From contig OZ243041.1 in NCBI GenBank assembly GCA_965212055.1, positions 883,736 through 947,735 of the forward strand: a stretch of DNA of 64,000 nt, written 5' to 3'. The notes beneath the pieces were generated by a model, which was not told the DNA's origin, ran no database searches, and saw only the letters and a program-made list of their open reading frames with translations. This document shows positions 1 through 10,247 of the stretch, in pieces (position 1 is the stretch's first letter; each line of letters opens with the position of its first letter). This stretch comes from Fidelibacterota bacterium (GTDB taxonomy: Bacteria > Fidelibacterota > Marinisomatia > Marinisomatales > Marinisomataceae). Both the position numbers and the translations under genes were made by a program.

Positions 1-130
1 ACTGATAAGAATATCTAATGGAAAATCCTGTTGGAAATATTATAGAAATCAATATTGACAGAACAAAAAACATCAAAATTGGAAATTGATTTTCTTGAAA
101 GAATTTTTTTAATTGATCAAATTGTGTCAT
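1..130 (-). CDS. hypothetical membrane protein, N-terminal fragment running off the left edge
   Basis: ATG at 130-128, a few nt downstream of the fabH stop. My translation MTQFDQLKKFFQENQFPILMFFVLSILISIIFPTGFSIRYSYQ stays open to position 1 and includes one hydrophobic helix. It is absent from the ORF track because it is truncated. Confidence 0.3.
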   Translation of the reverse strand, partial: MTQFDQLKKFFQENQFPILMFFVLSILISIIFPTGFSIRYSYQ

Positions 131-134
131 GTAA

Positions 135-1133
135 TTACCAACGAATTGCAGCTGATGCCCATGTATAGCCAGCGCCAAATGCAGTTAAAATAATAATATC
201 CCCTTTGGTAAATTTCCCTTCCTCCAATGCTTCACACATTGCTATTGGGATAGTAGCTGCGGTCGTATTGCCATATTTGTGAATATTAACATACATCTTA
301 TCCATAGAGATACCCATACGTTTTGCAGATGTTTGTAAGATACGATAGTTTGCTTGGTGTGCAATTACTAACTTGACATCCTCTAAAGATAAATTATTAT
401 GGTCTAGGGCACAATCAATTGCTTCTGGCATGCGTACTACAGCATTTTTAAATACTTCTCTTCCATTCTGAACAGGAAGATGATGTCCTTGTGCTATGAC
501 TTCTGCATCAATACGATTTGGATAAAATATAGAGCCTGGCGCCTTTGCATGTAACATCTCTACTCCTTGACCATTTGCATAAGTATGTGTAGATAAAATA
601 CAACTTTCATCATCTGTGGGTTGCAAGACAGCTGCACCTGCACCATCACCAAATAAAACCCCAGTAGCTCTCCCTGCGGGAGTCTTATCAAGCAGACATG
701 ACATAACATCAGATCCAACTAATAGAATATTTTTATATTTTCCAGTTTGGATAAATTGATTACCAATTTCTAATAGATATACAAACGCAGAACATGCTGC
801 ACTAATATCAAAAGCACTAATATTGGTTGTAATACCTAGTTTTTGTTGAATAATTGGTGCCATGCCTGGGAAATTATAATCAGAACTTACTGTACCGACA
901 ATAATAGCATCCAAATCATCTGGGGTTATTCCTGCATTTTTGATTGCTTTTTGACACGCTGGGAGTGCCATATCAGAATTAGGCATTCCTTCTTCAACCC
1001 ATCGTCTTTCTTTAATACCGCTTCTAGCTTGAATCCACTCATCAGTAGTATCCATCATGTCTTCAAGATCATGATTTGTCACTACCCTATCTGGAACATT
1101 ATATGCTATTCCTGCTATTTTTGCTTTATTCAT
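135..1133 (-). CDS. fabH: 3-oxoacyl-ACP synthase III (KAS III)
   Basis: 332 aa. KAS III hallmarks seen by eye: active-site Cys in DISAACSAFVY, His in AHQANYRI, Asn in GNTTAATIP, and C-terminal GAGYTW. Confidence 0.93.
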   Translation of the reverse strand: MNKAKIAGIAYNVPDRVVTNHDLEDMMDTTDEWIQARSGIKERRWVEEGMPNSDMALPACQKAIKNAGITPDDLDAIIVGTVSSDYNFPGMAPIIQQKLGITTNISAFDISAACSAFVYLLEIGNQFIQTGKYKNILLVGSDVMSCLLDKTPAGRATGVLFGDGAGAAVLQPTDDESCILSTHTYANGQGVEMLHAKAPGSIFYPNRIDAEVIAQGHHLPVQNGREVFKNAVVRMPEAIDCALDHNNLSLEDVKLVIAHQANYRILQTSAKRMGISMDKMYVNIHKYGNTTAATIPIAMCEALEEGKFTKGDIIILTAFGAGYTWASAAIRW

Positions 1134-1146
1134 ATATAATAATACT

Positions 1147-1490
1147 TGTGAGCTGATCTATAAGCCGGGTTTTGTACATCGTGATGATGCGATGATTATT
1201 CCTCTCGATCCTATATTGCTATAGGACTCTAGCAATCTACCCGTTCTTCAAATGATGCGAGTCACATCTCAGAACTACTTGATCTTGCACCTAGTGGGGT
1301 TTACAAGCTAACAATGTTACCATTGTTACTGGGGGTCTCTTACACCTCCGTTTCACCCTTACCAAAATGGCGGTCTATTCTCTGCTGCACTCTCCATATC
1401 CTCACGGATCCCACCTGTTAGGTGGCACTATACTCTTTGGTGCCCGGACTTTCCTCTCAAATAACTTTGAGCAATCACCCAATCAGCTCA
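1147..1490 (-). ncRNA. rnpB: RNase P RNA, bacterial type A
   Basis: The reverse complement carries the universal blocks GAGAGGAAAGUCCGGGCA (1441-1458), GGUAAGGGUGAAACGGAGGUGUAAGAG (about 1340-1366) and ACAAAACCCGGCUUAU (1160-1177). A 9-bp P1 helix pairs 1481-1489 with 1150-1158. The region is ORF-free. Confidence 0.93.
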
Positions 1491-1534
1491 TTTTGTGATA
1501 ATAAGAGATACAACACTAATTAAAAAGCAAAAAA

Positions 1535-2248
1535 TTAATTTTCAGATTCAGACTTATAAAGGAAACGCCCACAATTACTACAAAAAACCACCTGTTTTGC
1601 TAATGCTTCATTGACAAGTTGTGCGGGAACAAATGCGCCACACGCTTCACAATTATTATCAAGCACTGCAGAAAGTGCGATTCCATTTTTTGCCTCATAA
1701 ATAGTGTCATATTGAGATAATACATTCGAATCAATTCCTTTAACAATATTGGCACGTTCTATATCTAATGCATTCTTTTCTTCTGACACTTCTGCTAGCT
1801 TTGCCTCTAATGCTTTCTTCTTGGTATTTAAATCTTCAATCAATGTATCTAGATTAGTTTTATCTTCTTCGATTTCTTTAGATAATGTATCTTTGGTTTC
1901 CATTAATGTAAGAAGTTCAGTTTCTTTCTCACTAACAAGATTTTTTTCATAATCAATGGAATCCATCATGGCATCATATTCTTTATTCGTACTAATAGAA
2001 CCATCGGTAAGTCTATCTTTTAGTGTATTGACTTTTTCTTGAGCAGTAGCAATGAAAGTTTCTGAAGTTTGCATATCCACGATAGTTGTTTTGAGTGAAT
2101 TTTCTTTTTCTAAGAGGGAATTTTTAAGAGCCTCTTGTTGTTGAGTTAACTCTTCGACTTGTGTTGGAAGACCCCCTAGTAGTTTGTTGATTTCAAATAA
2201 TTTACTGTCAATATCATGCAATAAGATTATTTGATCAACAATAGACAT
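1535..2248 (-). CDS. coiled-coil protein with C-terminal C4 zinc ribbon (COG1579/DUF164-like)
   Basis: 237 aa, heptad-rich with E/K/L, ending in CEACGAFV...CSNCGRFL (four Cys). The architecture matches the COG1579 zinc-ribbon family. Confidence 0.7.
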   Translation of the reverse strand: MSIVDQIILLHDIDSKLFEINKLLGGLPTQVEELTQQQEALKNSLLEKENSLKTTIVDMQTSETFIATAQEKVNTLKDRLTDGSISTNKEYDAMMDSIDYEKNLVSEKETELLTLMETKDTLSKEIEEDKTNLDTLIEDLNTKKKALEAKLAEVSEEKNALDIERANIVKGIDSNVLSQYDTIYEAKNGIALSAVLDNNCEACGAFVPAQLVNEALAKQVVFCSNCGRFLYKSESEN

Positions 2249-2354
2249 TTATGTCCTAAGAAGCGGGTGGTAATTTCCAATCATATGCGAAAAGAATATA
2301 TTTCAATTCAATATTAAAAAAAACTGTTTTATTTTGGATGAAACTTTTAAATAA

Positions 2355-3470
2355 ATGAAAAATTATACATTTACTTCAGAATCGGTAACGGAAGGTCATC
2401 CTGATAAGGTAGCTGACTTGATATCTGATGCCATTGCAGATTATATTATTGATCACAATCAATCGCATAGAGCTGCTATTGAAACATTGGTAACAACCAA
2501 TATGGTTATGGTTGCAGGTGAATATAAAAGTAGTCAAAACATAGATGATCAAGTAGTAGAAGATATCGTGAGAAATACTGTCCGTGAAATTGGATATGAT
2601 CAAGAAGGATTTCATTGGAAAAAGTTGACATTGCATAGCAATTTACGTGAACAAAGTGCTGACATTGCATTAGGAACTGATAACTTTGGTGCAGGAGATC
2701 AAGGAATGATGTTTGGATATGCATGCAATGAAACCGATAGCTTGATGCCTAGCCCAATTGATTATAGTCACAGAATTACAAAAGCACTAGCAGATGCAAG
2801 ACACAATGGAATATCTTGGTTGGGACCAGACGGTAAAAGTCAAATTACATTTTTATATTCTGATATCAATACCCCAGTTGGTATTTCTAATATTGTCTGT
2901 AGTACCCAACATGACCCATCACTTACAACAGAAGAGGTTGAAACAGGTGTAAGAGAGATTATCAATCCAATTGTCTCTGATTATGTTGATGATGATACAA
3001 CATTCTTCATTAATCCAACAGGCCAATTTGTGATTGGGGGACCAGATGGCGATACTGGTCTTACGGGAAGAAAAATTATTGTCGACACGTATGGAGGCTA
3101 TGCACCACATGGTGGTGGTGCATTTAGTGGAAAAGATTGTGTGAAAGTTGATAGAAGTGGTGCATATATAGCTCGATATCTTGCCAAAAATATTGTTGCA
3201 AGTGGTATGGCAAATAATGCTACGATACAATTAAGCTATGCAATTGGGATTAAACAACCAACTTCGCTTTATGTATACGCTGATGGACAAGTAAGAGTTA
3301 ATTTGGCAGATTGGTTTAAAAATAATATTGATTTAACTCCATTAGGTATTATCAATAAATTTGATTTGTTTAATATCAAATTAACTGATACAACAAATTA
3401 TGGACATTTTGGAAAAGATAATCTTCCTTGGGAAAAAACAGATTTAACCGATGAACTAAAAACTTTATGA
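2355..3470 (+). CDS. metK: S-adenosylmethionine synthetase
   Basis: 371 aa. N-terminal [34 protein letters not shown] and DTYGG...[10 protein letters not shown] are canonical MetK blocks. Confidence 0.95.
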   Translation: MKNYTFTSESVTEGHPDKVADLISDAIADYIIDHNQSHRAAIETLVTTNMVMVAGEYKSSQNIDDQVVEDIVRNTVREIGYDQEGFHWKKLTLHSNLREQSADIALGTDNFGAGDQGMMFGYACNETDSLMPSPIDYSHRITKALADARHNGISWLGPDGKSQITFLYSDINTPVGISNIVCSTQHDPSLTTEEVETGVREIINPIVSDYVDDDTTFFINPTGQFVIGGPDGDTGLTGRKIIVDTYGGYAPHGGGAFSGKDCVKVDRSGAYIARYLAKNIVASGMANNATIQLSYAIGIKQPTSLYVYADGQVRVNLADWFKNNIDLTPLGIINKFDLFNIKLTDTTNYGHFGKDNLPWEKTDLTDELKTL

Positions 3471-4876
3471 GTAAAAAATACAAAATAAAAGATATTGCTT
3501 TAGCTGGATTAGGAAGAAAAAAAATTACTATCTCTGAAAAAGAAATGCCTGGATTAATGGAATTACGTCAAAAATATGCTAAAACAAAACCATTAAAAAA
3601 TTTAAGATTAACTGGATCGCTACATATGACTGTAGAAACAGCCATATTGATTGAAACCTTAAAGGAATTAGGAGCAAATGTCAGATGGGCGAGTTGTAAT
3701 ATTTTTTCCACGCAGGATGATGCAGCGGCAGCCATTGCAAAGACTAATACACCTGTATTCGCCTGGAAAGGTGAAACTTTAGAAGAATACTGGCAATGTA
3801 CACTGGATGCATTGCATTTTGGAAAAAACTTGGGGCCAAACCTAATTGTAGATGATGGTGGAGATGCTACATTGCTTATTCATAAAGGATATCAATTAGA
3901 AGAATACCATAATAAATACAAAAAACTACCTGAAATAACAGCATCAGTTGAAGAAGAAATAATTATAGAAACATTATTACAAAAATTTCACAAAAAAAAT
4001 CCGAACTATTGGCATACTATTATCCCTGATATTATTGGTGTTTCTGAAGAAACAACCACTGGTGTTCTACGATTAGAACAAATGCATACAGAAAAAACAT
4101 TATTATTTGCTGCATTTAACGTAAATGATTCAGCTACCAAATCAAAATTTGATAATTTATATGGTTGTCGAGAATCTTTAGCAGATGGTATTAAACGCTC
4201 AACCGAAATTATGTTAGCTGGTAAAACGGTGGTAGTTTGTGGATACGGAGATGTTGGAAAAGGATGTGCGCAATCAATGAAGTCATATGGATGTAAAGTG
4301 ATTGTAACTGAAATTGATCCAATTTGTGCATTACAAGCATCAATGGAAGGATTTCCAGTTAAAAAAATTGAAGACACTTTAAAAAAAGGTAATATTTTTG
4401 TAACAGCAACTGGTAATAGAGATGTAATCACTTTAAAACATATGAGACAAATGAAAGATCAAGCTATTGTTTGTAATATTGGACATTTTGATAATGAAAT
4501 TCAAATGGATGCATTAAATAAATCAAATGCAGTCAAAAAACAAATTAAACCTCAATATGATTGTTATACTTTTCCAAATAAAAAACAGATTTTTATTCTT
4601 TCAGAAGGTAGGCTGGTAAATTTAGGTTCTGCTACTGGTCATGCAAGTTTTGTAATGTCGACATCATTTTCAAATCAAGTACTAGCACAAATATTCTTAG
4701 CAAAAAATAAACCAAAAACAGGATTATATCATCTACCAAAACAATTAGATGAGCAAGTAGCACGATTACACTTAAAACATTTAGGTGTTAATCTAACGCT
4801 ACTTACAAAAAAACAAGCAAAATATATTGGTGTTGATATCAAGGGACCATATAAGAAAGACAAGTACAGATACTAG
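3467..4876 (+). CDS. ahcY: adenosylhomocysteinase
   Basis: 469 aa. [10 protein letters not shown], the NAD site [12 protein letters not shown], and [12 protein letters not shown] overlap with metK (activated methyl cycle pair). Confidence 0.95.
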   Translation: MSKKYKIKDIALAGLGRKKITISEKEMPGLMELRQKYAKTKPLKNLRLTGSLHMTVETAILIETLKELGANVRWASCNIFSTQDDAAAAIAKTNTPVFAWKGETLEEYWQCTLDALHFGKNLGPNLIVDDGGDATLLIHKGYQLEEYHNKYKKLPEITASVEEEIIIETLLQKFHKKNPNYWHTIIPDIIGVSEETTTGVLRLEQMHTEKTLLFAAFNVNDSATKSKFDNLYGCRESLADGIKRSTEIMLAGKTVVVCGYGDVGKGCAQSMKSYGCKVIVTEIDPICALQASMEGFPVKKIEDTLKKGNIFVTATGNRDVITLKHMRQMKDQAIVCNIGHFDNEIQMDALNKSNAVKKQIKPQYDCYTFPNKKQIFILSEGRLVNLGSATGHASFVMSTSFSNQVLAQIFLAKNKPKTGLYHLPKQLDEQVARLHLKHLGVNLTLLTKKQAKYIGVDIKGPYKKDKYRY

Positions 4877-4882
4877 AAAATA

Positions 4883-6697
4883 TTAATCTAATATTTTTCT
4901 CATTGATTCTTGATCATTGTCATTGATTGCTTTTATAATAGATTCTATCCGTTGTTCAACATCATCTGCATTTCTATTCTCTGTTGATAATAGTATTTGA
5001 GGATGCTCTGTTTTTGAAACAGGATTTTCACTTAATATTTCATGTAATTTTTCACCTTGCTTTAATCCTGTTATAGTTATACCGATATCGCCATCTGGAT
5101 TAGATTCTGATTTAATTGTATTACCACTTAAATGAATCATTCTTTTTGCAATATCTAAAATTTTTATTGGAGTTCCCATATCTAAGACAAATACTTCTCC
5201 CCCTTTTCCTATAACTGATGCTTTAATTACTAATTTAACAGCTTCTTCAATCGACATAAAAAATCTAGTCACATTTGCATCTGTAAGTGTTAAATCTTGA
5301 CCTTTTTTAATTTGATGTTTAAATATTTGAATCACAGATCCCGAAGAATTGAATACATTACCAAATCTAACAGATGAATAAATACCATTATTATTTTTTC
5401 TATTAAAATTTTCAACAATTAATTCACAAAACTTTTTTGTTTGACCCATCACAGTAGAAGGGTTTGCAGCTTTATCTGTACTAATCATTACAAAATTTTT
5501 CACATTATTTTTGGAACACTCATTGACCAAATAATATGTACCAATAACATTATTTTTTATTGCAGATTTAATTTCACTTTCTAGAATATTTACATGTTTA
5601 TAAGCAGCTGCATGATAAACAGTATCAATCTTAAAATCTGTAAAAATTGTTTTTAATAAATCCTTATCTGCAATATTGACAAGTTTAGAAACTACCTTAG
5701 AATTATTATTCATTGTTTTTAATTCTGATTCAATTTTAAATAATCCAAATTCTGAATTATCCAGAATAATTAATAATTTTGGTTTATTAGCAACAATTTG
5801 CTTTGAAAGTATGCTACCAATAGAACCTCCAGCGCCAGTTACTAGAACAATTTTGTTCTTAATAATTTTATTTTCTTCATCACTAAGTTTTATTCCATCA
5901 TTCACTTTACGGCTAATAAAATCTTCAAGAGATAAATGTTTTAAATCATCAAATGAACCTTTTTTAGATATAATATCTTGCAAATCAGGTATTTTAAAAA
6001 CTTTAATAGGAAAAGAGGTAATTGAATCAAATAAATTGCTATCAAGCTCTTTAAGATTATGATGGCTAGCAATAAATAATTTAGAGATATTGTGTTTCTC
6101 TACTATCTTCTTGAAACTATTAATGTTAAATATTTCAACACCATCTATAAACCGACCTTTATTTCTTTCTTCAGAACTAATTATAGCAACTAGTTCAAAA
6201 TTAACAGCACTAGAAGCTAGATTAACAGCTTCATCGATATCTTCATAATCAGTATATAAAATAATTTTTTCTTTTGGAGAAAAATTTTCATAAAGCAAAA
6301 ATCTTGCTATCATTCTTGATAGAAGAATTAAGAAAAATGCTATAAATCCACTATTAAAAATTATCTCAGATGCAATAATATCTTTGATTATAAATTTTAT
6401 AAATAAGTAATAGGAAAAAAATGATAATACTATACCAATTATTAAATTAGAAATGTATCTAAGTCCAATATTTTTAATAACATTGTCATGAATTTTTCTA
6501 TAAAAAAAGAAAATCCCTGAAATACCCAGAAATAGAATATAATATCTATCAAATACGAAAAGCTTATCGGCTACGAATCCACTAATTATGAATGAAAATG
6601 TAACTAAAAAAATATCGTTAAGAATAACGATAAGGCGTTTTATTTTTCTATCTCGTAAGGTGAATAATGTTGTTAATTTTTCTTTGTTCTTAATCAT
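4883..6697 (-). CDS. membrane-anchored UDP-GlcNAc 4,6-dehydratase (CapD/PglF/WbpM family)
   Basis: 604 aa. Four or more N-terminal TM helices, then an SDR domain with VLVTGAGGSIGS, HAAAYKHV and MGQTKKFCE. Confidence 0.85.
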   Translation of the reverse strand: MIKNKEKLTTLFTLRDRKIKRLIVILNDIFLVTFSFIISGFVADKLFVFDRYYILFLGISGIFFFYRKIHDNVIKNIGLRYISNLIIGIVLSFFSYYLFIKFIIKDIIASEIIFNSGFIAFFLILLSRMIARFLLYENFSPKEKIILYTDYEDIDEAVNLASSAVNFELVAIISSEERNKGRFIDGVEIFNINSFKKIVEKHNISKLFIASHHNLKELDSNLFDSITSFPIKVFKIPDLQDIISKKGSFDDLKHLSLEDFISRKVNDGIKLSDEENKIIKNKIVLVTGAGGSIGSILSKQIVANKPKLLIILDNSEFGLFKIESELKTMNNNSKVVSKLVNIADKDLLKTIFTDFKIDTVYHAAAYKHVNILESEIKSAIKNNVIGTYYLVNECSKNNVKNFVMISTDKAANPSTVMGQTKKFCELIVENFNRKNNNGIYSSVRFGNVFNSSGSVIQIFKHQIKKGQDLTLTDANVTRFFMSIEEAVKLVIKASVIGKGGEVFVLDMGTPIKILDIAKRMIHLSGNTIKSESNPDGDIGITITGLKQGEKLHEILSENPVSKTEHPQILLSTENRNADDVEQRIESIIKAINDNDQESMRKILD

Positions 6698-6702
6698 TTT
6701 TT

Positions 6703-7263
6703 TTAATCTAAAATATCTTTTGCTAAAAGAACCTTAATAAAAGTTTTATACAAAATTATTATATTAAATCTAAAATTTCTGTTTTTAAGATAATAATAAT
6801 CATATTCAGTCTTTTCCTTTATAGATAACGAATCTCTACCATTTACTTGTGCCCAACCAGTAATACCAGGTTTTAAATGATTAATGTTATATTTGTCTCT
6901 TAATTTAATAAGATCATCTTGATTAAATAATGCAGGCCTTGGACCAATAAAATTAATATCCCCTAAAAAGATATTAATAAGTTGAGGTAATTCATCTATA
7001 CTATATTTTCTTAGAAAATTGCCAGAACGTAAAATTTGGTTATTTTTATTTTTCATTAAATGTGTGGCTAAATCTTTTGTATTTTTTTTCATAGTTCTAA
7101 ATTTAATAATATTAAAGATGGTCTTATCTTTACCTACTCTTTTCTGTTTAAAAAAAATAGGAAATCCATCATCAATAATAATAAGAATACTTACCAAAAT
7201 CAAAATAGGGAATAATACTACAATAAGTATTAATGAAGTAATTTTATTCAAAATATTTCCCAT
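6703..7263 (-). CDS. small monotopic phosphoglycosyl transferase (PglC/WbaP C-terminal family, initiating sugar transferase)
   Basis: 186 aa. One N-terminal hydrophobic helix, KQKRVGK, KFRTM, DELPQLINIFLGDINFIGPRP and PGITGWAQVNGR are bacterial sugar-transferase signatures. Confidence 0.88.
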   Translation of the reverse strand: MGNILNKITSLILIVVLFPILILVSILIIIDDGFPIFFKQKRVGKDKTIFNIIKFRTMKKNTKDLATHLMKNKNNQILRSGNFLRKYSIDELPQLINIFLGDINFIGPRPALFNQDDLIKLRDKYNINHLKPGITGWAQVNGRDSLSIKEKTEYDYYYLKNRNFRFNIIILYKTFIKVLLAKDILD

Positions 7264-7330
7264 AGTTCTCTAAGTTTTAGATATTAATTTGTTAATTTAT
7301 TTTAAGTTTAAGGATATATTCTAATAGATT

Positions 7331-8570
7331 GTGGAAAAATTACCTAAAAATATTTTAATTATATCTCCTCTTTATCATCCAGAAATAAATAGAGTAAATG
7401 ATTTAGTGGGTTATTTATTAAAAAAAAATCATAGAATAACCATTGTATGTCCAATACCTAATTATCCTGAAGGAAAATATTATAAAAATTATGGTATCTT
7501 TAAAAAAAGATACGAGAAATTTGATAATTTGACTATTGTAAGGATATTAGTACATCCAAGAAAAAATGGATCAAAAATAAATTTATTTCTCAATTATTTA
7601 TCATTTATAATCTTTAGCGTTATTCCTGCTATTATTTTATCCTTTAGAAAATTTGATTTAGTATTTGTTAATCAAGTATCTCCAATTACAATTGCAATGC
7701 CTGGTATTATTATAAAAAAAATTAGGCGGATACCTATGGTTATGTGGGTAACAGATTTATGGCCAGAAAGTGTTAAAGATGCAGGAAATCTGAAATCTAA
7801 TTTTATACCAAATTTACTTTTACCAATAGTAAAATATATTTATAGAAACTGTAATCAAATATTGGTGTCTTCAAGATCTTTTATTAACTCTATAAGTGAA
7901 AAAACAAAAAATAAAGATATAGTTTATATGCCTCAATGGGGTGAGACAACATTCACAGACAATAAATCCACAAGCTTTTACTAATGAATCAGTAGAAAAA
8001 ATAACAGATTTTAAAATAATGTTTGCTGGTAATATTGGTATGGCTCAAGATTTTAATTCTATTATTAATGCAATCAATAAAGTAAAAAATTATCCAATTC
8101 ATTTAGTTGTTTTGGGAGGAGGTAGAGGGAAAAAAGATGCAGTAAACAAAGTTAAAGAAATGGGTTTGGAATCTAAAATTTCCTTTTTGGGATCTTTTCC
8201 ATTAGAAACCATGCCTTATTTTTTTAACAAAGCAGATGCTTTACTAATTAGTCTTAAAAAAAGTGAGATATTCGCAAAAACAATTCCTGCTAAAACACAA
8301 TCATATATGGCTTTTGGTAAACCTATACTAATAAATGCTGATGGTGAAGTATCAAGGATTATAGAAGAATCTAAAAGTGGATTGGTTGCAAATTCAGGCA
8401 ATTATACTCTTTTGGCAAAAAACATGTTAAAATTGAGTCAATTACCTAAAAAAGATCTTGAAACGATGACTAATAATTGTAAAAAGTATTATGAAAAAAA
8501 TTTTAATAGAAAAAAAATTCTTAATAATTTCGAAGAAATAATACATAACATTATAGACAACAAGAAATAA
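7331..8570 (+). pseudogene. family 4 glycosyltransferase (WbuB/WcaI-like) split by a +1 frame change
   Basis: ORF 7331-7984 (GTG start) is a GT4 N-terminal domain ending ...VYMPQWGETTF. ORF 7941-8570 in the +1 frame continues with FKIMFAGNIGMAQDF and the GT-B C-terminal domain. The two overlap at 7941-7984, so one intact gene requires a 1-nt correction there. Confidence 0.75.
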
Positions 8571-8586
8571 ATCTACTAGGAATAAT

Positions 8587-9324
8587 ATGAGATTAATTTT
8601 ATTAAGACATGGTGAAAGTGAATGGAATCTTCTTAATCAATTTACAGGATGGACTGATGTTGGTTTGACTGATAATGGTATCAAAGAAGCACAATTTTCA
8701 GCCGAACAAATTCTTAAAAAAAATATTGTTATAAATACTATTTATACATCTTTGCTTAAAAGGTCCACTCATACTGCTGAAATTATTGCAGATATAATTA
8801 ATTTTGATAAAAAAAATATCCAATATAATTGGCGATTAAATGAAAGACATTATGGAGCTCTCCAAGGATTCAATAAGTCAGAAACAGCTAAAAAATATGG
8901 TGAAGATCAAGTACATGTATGGCGGAGAAGTTATGATATTGCTCCACCTTTATTATCAGATGACGATAAAAGACATCCAAAATTTAATGAAAAGTTTAAA
9001 AATATTGGTGGAGATTTACCTGCTGGAGAAAGTTTAAAAAATGTGATTGATAGATTAAATCCATTTTGGAATCAGTATTTAAAGAATATCAAAGAAAATC
9101 CAGGTAATCATTTAATTGTAGCTCATAGCAACTCTTTAAGAGCAATTGTAAAAATATTAGATCAATTATCTGATGGAGAAATTGTATCGATGAATATTCC
9201 TACAGGTGTTCCTTTGGTATATAAATTGGATAATAATTGCGATGTTATTAATAAGGAATATTTAATTGATCAAGCTAAGTTAGAAAAAAAGCAAGAAATG
9301 ATAGTAAATCAAGGCAAAGCATAA
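8587..9324 (+). CDS. gpmA: 2,3-bisphosphoglycerate-dependent phosphoglycerate mutase (histidine phosphatase family)
   Basis: 245 aa. LLRHGESEWN, FTGWTDVGLTDNG, ERHYGALQG and VAHSNSLRA are dPGM signatures. Confidence 0.88.
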   Translation: MRLILLRHGESEWNLLNQFTGWTDVGLTDNGIKEAQFSAEQILKKNIVINTIYTSLLKRSTHTAEIIADIINFDKKNIQYNWRLNERHYGALQGFNKSETAKKYGEDQVHVWRRSYDIAPPLLSDDDKRHPKFNEKFKNIGGDLPAGESLKNVIDRLNPFWNQYLKNIKENPGNHLIVAHSNSLRAIVKILDQLSDGEIVSMNIPTGVPLVYKLDNNCDVINKEYLIDQAKLEKKQEMIVNQGKA

Positions 9325-10247
9325 TGAATTTAGATTTTTCAAAGATTAAAGTTTTATTAATTGGAGACTTTATGATAGATCACTATATCATTGGTACCTC
9401 CAATAGAATGTCTCCAGAAGCACCGGTTCCTGTAGTAATTCCAGAACAAGAATATTCAATACCAGGAGGAGCAGGAAATGTAGCTATGAATTTAAGTCTA
9501 ATGGGAGCAAATGTAACATGCGTAGGGTGTATTGGTGATGATGATTGGGGTAAAAAATTAATTTCAATATTAAAAAATGAAGGTATAAATATAGAAGCCA
9601 TAAATATAATTAATAATCACCCGACTACATTAAAACAAAGGATTTATTCAGATGGTAAACAAGTTGCGAGACTTGATACAGAAAAAATAATTAATTGGCA
9701 ACCTGATTCTGAAATGAAACACGATTATAATGATTATGATATTATAATATTATCAGATTATAATAAAGGAGTGCTAAATGAACCATGGTTTAGTATAAAT
9801 AATTTAGATAATGTAATAGTAGATCCTAAAAAAGATGTCTTTAGTCATTATAGCCAAGCAAATATTATTACACCAAATTTAAATGAACTTCAAAGAGCTT
9901 CTAAAATTGAGATTAATGATGACAAATCGCTTGTAAATGCTTGTAATGAATTAATTCAAGAATGCAGTTTTAACTATATAATTGCAAAGAAAGGTAATAA
10001 AGGAATGACAATTGTCGGTAAAAACAATTTTGTTAAGCACATAAAAGCTCATTCTGTTGAAAATCCAGATGTCACAGGAGCAGGAGATACTGTTATTGCT
10101 GCCTTATCTCTCGCATTTGCTAAAACAAAAGATATAAAAATTTCTACAACAATTGCTAATGCTGCAGCTGCTGTAGTAGTAGGAAAGCCTGGCACTGCTA
10201 CTGTTACTATTGATGAGATTAATAATTATATTTCTATAGATGAGTGA
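9324..10247 (+). CDS. PfkB-family sugar kinase, D-glycero-beta-D-manno-heptose-7-phosphate kinase-like (RfaE domain I only)
   Basis: 307 aa. KVLLIGDFMIDHY, PGGAGNVA and the C-terminal DVTGAGDTVIAA ribokinase-family motif. It sits directly upstream of gmhA. No fused adenylyltransferase domain. Confidence 0.7.
   Translation: MNLDFSKIKVLLIGDFMIDHYIIGTSNRMSPEAPVPVVIPEQEYSIPGGAGNVAMNLSLMGANVTCVGCIGDDDWGKKLISILKNEGINIEAINIINNHPTTLKQRIYSDGKQVARLDTEKIINWQPDSEMKHDYNDYDIIILSDYNKGVLNEPWFSINNLDNVIVDPKKDVFSHYSQANIITPNLNELQRASKIEINDDKSLVNACNELIQECSFNYIIAKKGNKGMTIVGKNNFVKHIKAHSVENPDVTGAGDTVIAALSLAFAKTKDIKISTTIANAAAAVVVGKPGTATVTIDEINNYISIDE

Noticed and set aside
843-1139. Many 60-140 aa ORFs antisense to well-supported genes, e.g. 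843-1139, 1749-1952, 2376-2636, 4006-4431, 5676-6062, 29641-30021, 48757-49083 and 59146-59496.
   Set aside because: Each is fully embedded opposite a gene with clear family motifs. Their translations are low-complexity (Ser/Phe/Ile/Leu-rich) mirror images typical of shadow ORFs in AT-rich DNA.
2249-2354. Possible SAM riboswitch in the divergent region upstream of metK.
   Set aside because: Only about 105 nt, extremely AT-rich, with no paired GC-containing helices or conserved SAM-I/SAM-II core sequences that I could recognise. An Rfam scan would be needed to overturn this.
7941-7984. Programmed ribosomal frameshift or homopolymer phase variation in the split GT4.
   Set aside because: No slippery heptamer, long mononucleotide tract or downstream structure is evident in the overlap. 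A simple indel or a sequencing error is more parsimonious.
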